Source: Felis catus
Lineage: Eukaryota
Reading direction: 5' to 3'
Length of the DNA stretch: 64,000 nucleotides
NCBI RefSeq assembly: GCF_018350175.1
Contig: NC_058370.1
Coordinates: 134,292,001 to 134,356,000, forward strand
Position 1 is the stretch's first letter. Each line of letters starts with the position of its first letter. Made by a program: the position numbers and the translations under genes. This document shows, in pieces, positions 57,473 to 64,000 of the stretch. The notes under the pieces are model-generated. The model worked only from the letters and a program-made list of their open reading frames with translations. It searched no databases and was not told the DNA's origin.

Positions 57473-59074
57473 GGGGTGCTGTTCACTGTTTCCACCCAAG
57501 CCCAGCTGAACCACCCAGTTCTGATGACGTTATGGGTCGGTGGTCAAAAGCTTGAATATATTTGTTGGTGTTGTTTTCGGGGGAAAAGATACGGGCTTTG
57601 GGAAGAAAACGATATCGTACGAAGAAGAGAATTTAGGGGCAGAGTGCTAAAGTCCCTTTGGGGGGAATGGGTGCTGAGGCCAGGGAGGAAGGGAAGGGGG
57701 AGGCACCTGTCAGTCAGGTGCAGGGACTGAGGATGCCGTGGCCTGCGTGGGTCTGGTTGGGGAGAAATGCCGTGTGCTTCTGGCTTTACCTGGTTAAACT
57801 ATCGTCTGTGTGGCTGTTTCTTGCACACGCTGGGAAAAGCAAGCAGGGCTGTGGGGCTGGCTTCAGCTGATGGCTGCAACCTGTTTGAACCTGGCTTGGC
57901 TGGCTTTGCGTGAGTCCAGGGCGGTAGCTGCATCTACTGAGAGAGCGTTGACATGGCTTTTCTGTCGCCCACTGTGTCCTGTGCGGCTCTTCTCACTGCC
58001 AACACCGTCCCCCCGCCCAGCTCCTTCATCAGCCTGTTTGTTCAGAAAAGGTGAAAGAAAAAGTCACCCTTACTGGATACCGATAGACTGGCTGCCTGTG
58101 TCCTGCACACTGAGGACATTGTTCAAGACGGTGCCACCTCTGTAAAAATATTGGTTCTGTAGTGTTGCCAAGATTTCTGAGTTAGCTATCAACCAGCTCT
58201 CCTTGGGCAAACCCAATCTGCCTTCTGACAGGTTTAATCAGCGTGCAATCCCTTTAAGAAACTGCACACAGTACTTGTGTGCACGCTTGCTCTGTGCCCT
58301 GCTTGCCACCGGCGGCCCCTGGGGTAGGGGTGATGTGACGCTGTGAACTTGGGGGCAGAAGTGGGCGATCAGAAAAGGCAAACAGAAAAGGGCGGGAGAG
58401 CTCTTGCTTGGACGGGCTCGGAGAGATGTCGTCTCCCAGAGATGTCGTACGATGTGTCTTTGGAGAAGACCTTCAGCCAAAGATTTAAAGGAAAAGTGGA
58501 GGAGACCCGCTGTTGGTGCTGGAACCTTTGGCATGTAGATGCTGAGACCGTCATTAAGGAGGATTTTGAACCACAGGTATCTACTGGCCTGGAAGGGAAA
58601 ACTTGGTGGTATTTCCTTTGATGCAATCACCTTGGAAGATGGACTGTTGCAATTCCGAGGCTCTCAGCAAACTCCACAATCTGTTTTTGGTAAAATAATT
58701 TTATACAGGTACGGAGGTTGACAGGTAGAATTTCTCTGAGAGTGAGGTTATTTTAGCCATTCATCCACATGGGATTAGAAAAGATTGTTTTCAAGTTCTG
58801 AAAATAAATAAGGAGCTCAAAACGTAAGCAAACCTTCGGTTAACATTAAAACAAATGAAGCATGGACCAAAATTAGTAATAAAATATGCTGGACCTTTGA
58901 AGCAACTGATTTGATACTCAGTGTGTACAAAGGACAATAATTTGATAGAATTATCAGATACATTTCCACGTGCCTTTCCTTACTCTCTCTCAAGTGTCCT
59001 GAAAATGTTTTGTATTATGGACTTACGGTAGGAAATTAGTAGAGGCACGTGTACTTGGGGCAGGGGGCTGGGAA

Positions 59075-59200
59075 GTTAGTGTTTGGGCCGGTCTTCTCTG
59101 CTCTTGACTTACTGAGTGACCGTGGCTGAAGCGATTAACTTCTTCGGGTCTCAGCTTCTCCATCCGTGAAAGAGGAATATTGAGTGTCAGCTGCCATACA
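59075..59200 (+). mobile_element. MIR fragment
   Basis: ACTTACTGAGTGACCGTGG...GTCTCAGCTTCTCCATCCGTGAAAGAGGAATA. Confidence 0.65.
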
Positions 59201-59653
59201 AGGGGGTAAGACAAATGAGCCAGCACTTGGGAAGACAAATAAGGAAAAGGCTCAGAGACCTTCGGATGAAAAGCAGCAAGGGGAAGAACAAATGTCACCC
59301 CCCCCAGCCCCCCACCCCCCCCATTCCCATGCCTCTGATTCTGGCCCCTTCTCAGGACTGGTTGGTGCTGAAAGCCAACATTAACTCTAGATAACGTAAC
59401 TTGAGCCATGTGAAGGCCAGTGAACCTGGAAAAAGAAAAATATCAACCGTATTAAAAGGATGGCACACGATGTTTCCAGAACTGCTCATAAATTCCTGGT
59501 TTGTGGCAGCAAGAACACGTTTGAGAAATTAATGCTGGGGTATCTCGAGGCAGCTTTATAATCATGTCAGATCTGCACGCTGTCCCCGATTGCTGAAACT
59601 CTTCATGGCTGATAAGGTGCTTGTTACAGAAAATGGGAACTAAATTCATAGTC

Positions 59654-59857
59654 NNNNNNNNNNNNNNNNNNNNNNNNNNNNNNNNNNNNNNNNNNNNNNN
59701 NNNNNNNNNNNNNNNNNNNNNNNNNNNNNNNNNNNNNNNNNNNNNNNNNNNNNNNNNNNNNNNNNNNNNNNNNNNNNNNNNNNNNNNNNNNNNNNNNNNN
59801 NNNNNNNNNNNNNNNNNNNNNNNNNNNNNNNNNNNNNNNNNNNNNNNNNNNNNNNNN
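59654..59857. other. Assembly gap (204 N)
   Basis: Run of N next to C-run and A-run low-complexity sequence. Confidence 0.99.
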
Positions 59858-62524
59858 AATGTTTCTCCCCCTTCCCCACCCCCCCCCCCCTTAAAAAGAA
59901 AAAAGAGCAGGAAAAAAAAACAAAAACAAAAACAAAAACCCAAAACATCAACACTGTTTTGGGGGAGAAAATGTTTCTTTAGCAAATTGCTTTCCAAGCT
60001 CAAAAATCAGGACGATGCAGTCCGTGCATTTTGGTGTTATTGACCAGACACCTGATCTATAATTACCTCCTATAATAACGTTATTAGCCATTCAGAAGAA
60101 AGAGTCTCCCTTTTAAGACGTGAGGCAGTAATTAAAGGCTGTGAATTTCGCAGGTGAAATCTTGCAGAAAGTGCGGTTTTAAAGTCAAAGAATTTAGTGA
60201 TCCACCTCTGGTTAATTAAACTTTCTTCTCAAAATAAAATCTTGTATTTGAAACAATGAAACCGGTGGCAATGATACTATTTATCTCCGAGCCCAAGCCT
60301 CGTTTCTTTAAGCTCTGATTTGACTTGCTAAAGCTTACTTCTCTGAGATGGTTGAGGACTTGAGGGAGAGGAGACCATCGGCTGCACGTGGATGATATTG
60401 AGCATACACAGAGCACGGATGTGATTACAGAGCATGCGTTCCTCTGGCAGGTGACATTTTAATGGAACTCACAAGCAAACGTCACTTGATATGTTTCTAT
60501 GTCACCTCCTGAGTTTTGCTTTTTTTAAAACATACAAACAGAACTTCTCAATATTTCATGATCCGGTTAAAATGTGACCTCATGAAAACCCCTGATAGGT
60601 ACCTTTTCATATCCTAAGGCATTTTTATCTTTCTGAGACTACCTCCCCAAAGCTGACTTATACCTTGGATTTGTGCCACATCTGGGATGCCCCGAAGTTA
60701 TTTCGAGGGAATAATCCCACTCCACGCCGTGAGTTCTCCTGTGCTTGGGACATCGGCTCCTAAGTATTCCTGTTTTCCTCCTCCAGGAAGCCCCCCGGTC
60801 TGATCAGCTCTCAAGTTTGTCCCTGGTCAGCCCCGGTTTGGCCTCCGTCCCGGGCGGTGGTTTCAGACCTGCCCTGCAGACCAGCCCCCTGGGAATATGA
60901 ACTTGTTGAGGACCAGCCTACCTTTTCCATTCAGAAAAAAACGAATAGGTGGATGGTTTCCTCCTCTTTTTCTGGGTATTTCCTCTGAGGTCCCTTAGCA
61001 CCTTTTCCTTTCATTCCAAAGACTGCCTGGGGACCTTGTGCCCTCTCGTGAGCCCACTATACCTTGTGGCCCCCAAACAGCCAGGCAGAGGTCTTGGGCA
61101 GGGGCCAAGCACGCAGGCTCTAGAGCCTGACCTCAGGGTGCGTGCAATCACCTGAGTCTTTGTTTTCTTACCTCATCGGGGGTGGGATCCCGGCAAGGTC
61201 AAATTGCTCTACAGACCTCGGCTCTGCTCATGGGTCATGGCTCTGAGGTCCCGGCTGTCTGCAGGCCCACCTCTGCCACCAGCTTCACGAGGCCCGGGGA
61301 CCTCCCCTATGGCGGGCAGGACCTGCGGCTTGCTCCTGTCAGAGCCACTGGGAGGTGAGTTTCTCCGGGGCCGGGGCTGAGCGTTACTGAGCCTCGTTTC
61401 CCTAGTGTCTAGAAGGCTCTCAGGAAATCTTCACTGAGTGGATGTTTTAACAGAGTCTGTCTCGTCCTGCACAATGCTCTTTATCCACAAGAATGAGTTT
61501 CGGGTACTGAAAATCTACCGCTCCACGGTGATCTGGTGACTCAGGGGCTAATTGTGGGCACGGGGGCTTTCCAGCAACCTAGTTAGATGAAACCACATAG
61601 CAACCTTCCCACCCCACGGGGTGACCTATTTCTCAATTTCTGTAGTCTCAACATCCATTGCCGCAGGAATCTGATGAGGCGGGGCCGTTTCGCCGCCGGT
61701 GTTTGATGAGAAAAGGGAATTGAAATGGAGGTGATTGATTTGGACCTTGAGACGCTGATAGGAAGTCATCCCGTTCTTTCCGACCGTGGGAGCTGCTCTG
61801 TGTAACGGAGGCTTCCCGTGACCCCTACTAGGCCTCCCGGGTCTAATCTGTCCCCACGGGGCGAGCGGGGTGGGAAGGCTGCCGGGTCTTACCGAGCAAG
61901 AGACTGATAGTCTGGGCTCTCGTAGCCTCTCTGGGTGAGTTTCCCAATTAGAATGAAAAATCTCTAGCAATTCTGTTGCCACCCAGATCCTCATTTTGCT
62001 TCGTAGAGCTGAAGTGAAAATTGAACTCTGTGAGTCTTGCCTGATGGCGTTCATCTATGAGGCAATCGGGCTGGTGCGTGGAGGTCCTCTGGGCCGCAGG
62101 GCAGAGGTTCCTTCCTCCCCACGCCCAGCGGGACCCAGAGGGGGGCAGAAGCCGGCCCTGTTCTCTCTGCCTGCTTAGCGGTACGCAGCAGGGGAGATAG
62201 GTTTCTTTTTCTCCCTTGTTCCGTCGGCTCTTACCATCTTAAAGTGCCCCCCCCCACCATGTATCCTTCCCTGACGATCCCCACTCCTCCCCAAAGTACG
62301 TGGCCCAGATCTCACCCCTGTGACCTCCCTGGTGCCCTGGATCTCCCCAGCGGGGAAACTCCTCACATTGGGTGTGGCTCACTCAGCCTGCCACCCGCCT
62401 GGCAACTCCTGGAGGGCAGGAAGTGGGTCGCTGACCACTGACCGGGGCACAACAAGAGGGATCACTCAGCACACATTTGTAAGGAATGAGAAAAGCGTGT
62501 GATAGTAATAAGCCCTCTGCCTGG

Positions 62525-62670
62525 TGGGCTATTAGAATCTCCCAAGGATTGAAAAAATCACGCAGAAGCCCAGGCCCTACCCTGGGCCAATGGAATCAAA
62601 ATCTCTGGTGCCGAGGCCTGGGCATCAGCATTTAAAAAGTCCCCGAGGGGGTTTCTGCTGTGAGGCTAAC
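62525..62670. mobile_element. MER5A-like hAT MITE
   Basis: ATTAGAATCTCCC...GCCCAGGCCCTACCC...AATCAAAATCTCTGG...GGCCTGGGCATCAGCATTTAAAAAGTCCCC. Confidence 0.75.
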
Positions 62671-62849
62671 TCAAAATGGCGGAAGCCAGGCTTGGGGGCC
62701 TGATTGCCTGGGCCTGTCCCTGGCTTCTCTCCCGACTGTGGTTTTCTCAGTTATAATGGGGAGGCCTGTGGGGTGAGGTTGCTGGGTTCTAAAGTACCTC
62801 GAAGAGACTAGGCACCCAGTGACCTTTAACTTCATAGGCGGAAATGCTT

Positions 62850-63080
62850 GGCATGCTTGGGTGTAGGCCTATAAGCCTTGGAGTTAGGCAAGGCCTGGTT
62901 GGAGCAAGTTACCAAATATCTGAATCTGGGTGGGCCACTTGACTTCTCTGAGTCTCAGTTGTTTCTGTGCGAAATGGGGATAATAATATTGCCCGCATCG
63001 CAGAGGCGTAAGGATGAAATGAGCCAAGACATTCTAGTAATAATGTTTGCTCGGTAGCTATTTATTATTGTTATTATTAG
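62850..63080 (+). mobile_element. MIR
   Basis: CACTTGACTTCTCTGAGTCTCAGTTGTTTCTGTGCGAAATGGGGATAATAATA...TATTATT. Confidence 0.8.
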
Positions 63081-64000
63081 GTCATTGGATACGCAGGGGA
63101 AGAACATAGGGTGAGTGCTGAGTTTACAGAAGAAAACACAGGCAGATAATGCCATACAAATTGTGTTAATTCGGACCTTCCTTCTAAACATCCCTCTTTA
63201 AGCCTTGAACTTTAAGGAAAAGCTGTGTGCTTTGATTTCTCACCTTCGTAGGTCAAAATATCGATTAGACTTTGTCTCTATTATATAATGCTGGGTTTGT
63301 GAACCCTCCAATACATTTCTGGGGTGGAAATACATTTTCATCTGCTAATTTCTGTTAACAAGGCAACAAGCTTTCTTAAATAAACAATTATATTTTTAGG
63401 GAAGTGTAAATTAAAGCACTATTCTTAATTTTGCTAAACTTGTCCTCCCTCTGACTGTAATTTACTCTGACGATCTCAGTGTTCTTGTAGTTGCTGAATT
63501 ATGCCGCTCACAGCTAGCCCTGGGTCCTAGCTGTTAGAGCATTGTGATAGAGATTCTGTTTGGGACTGAGGCCTGTGGACTGGGAGGCAGAGTTTACAAG
63601 CTGGTAACTGAGCCCCTGGCAGCCCCCCGGCCCTTCATTCCCTACCAGGGTTACTGGAGGTAAGGACACCATGATCCAAAGGTCAGCAACTCAGCCTTCT
63701 AGTTTGCGGATGAATGGGTGAATGCATTCCAGCCATGAAAAACCAGAGAAATGCTTCCAAATTAGGGAGGAAAATTATGAATATTAATTCAGAAAAATGA
63801 TGGATATCAAACTGGCTCAAAAGCTGCTACCTGAGCGAGACCGTGAGGCTCCTCCCAGAGTGCCCCCAAGTATTTCTGGCATTTCCCCAAAGTCCCCCCA
63901 CGAACCAGGTCACTTGGGGTCACCGACGTCTCTGCCATCGAGGGCTGCCGCTTGCGAACAAATAAGCTGGCGTCTTATTGCTGTCATTGTCAGCTTCCCG

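Noticed and set aside
36-63191. Hundreds of 60-270 aa six-frame ORFs (for example 43728-44546, 35226-35915, 17007-17660)
   Set aside because: They are rich in Pro/Gly/Arg/Ser, overlap on both strands, often use non-ATG starts and show no recognisable domain; this is expected by chance in GC-rich mammalian DNA.
20420-64000. Assigning a gene symbol to the CpG island and long intron
   Set aside because: Many genes share this layout, and no coding exon or UTR sequence could be recognised with confidence.
1-64000. CRISPR arrays, operons, prokaryotic defence systems, intact retrovirus
   Set aside because: The sequence is mammalian; there is no repeat-spacer array, and the LTRs are solo copies without gag/pol/env.

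Overview
Mammalian genomic DNA from a feliform carnivore, most likely a felid. It carries ten tRNA-derived Can-SINEs (several of SINEC_Fc type) and an L1_Fc-like 3' end. Two sized N gaps beside low-complexity runs suggest a short-read assembly. I find no protein-coding exon I can recognise; the six-frame ORFs are chance ORFs in GC-rich DNA or translations of repeats. The layout is about 20 kb of upstream or intergenic DNA, a CpG-island promoter at about 20.4-21.1 kb with two candidate + strand non-coding first exons, then about 43 kb that reads as a large first intron of a gene I cannot name. The rest is old eutherian repeats (MIR, L2, L1M, MLT1/MLT2 LTRs, Charlie1, MER5A) plus a few homeobox-motif-rich non-repeat islands. 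The most unusual signal is a degenerate long inverted repeat at 55200-55760 with a perfect 25-bp core, not explained by any repeat I recognise. Also notable are two SINEs inserted one after the other at one target site (51662-52123) and adjacent Z-DNA and G4 tracts in the promoter. I see no evidence for a new multi-gene system. Repeat subfamily names come from remembered consensus sequences, and boundaries of old repeats are approximate.
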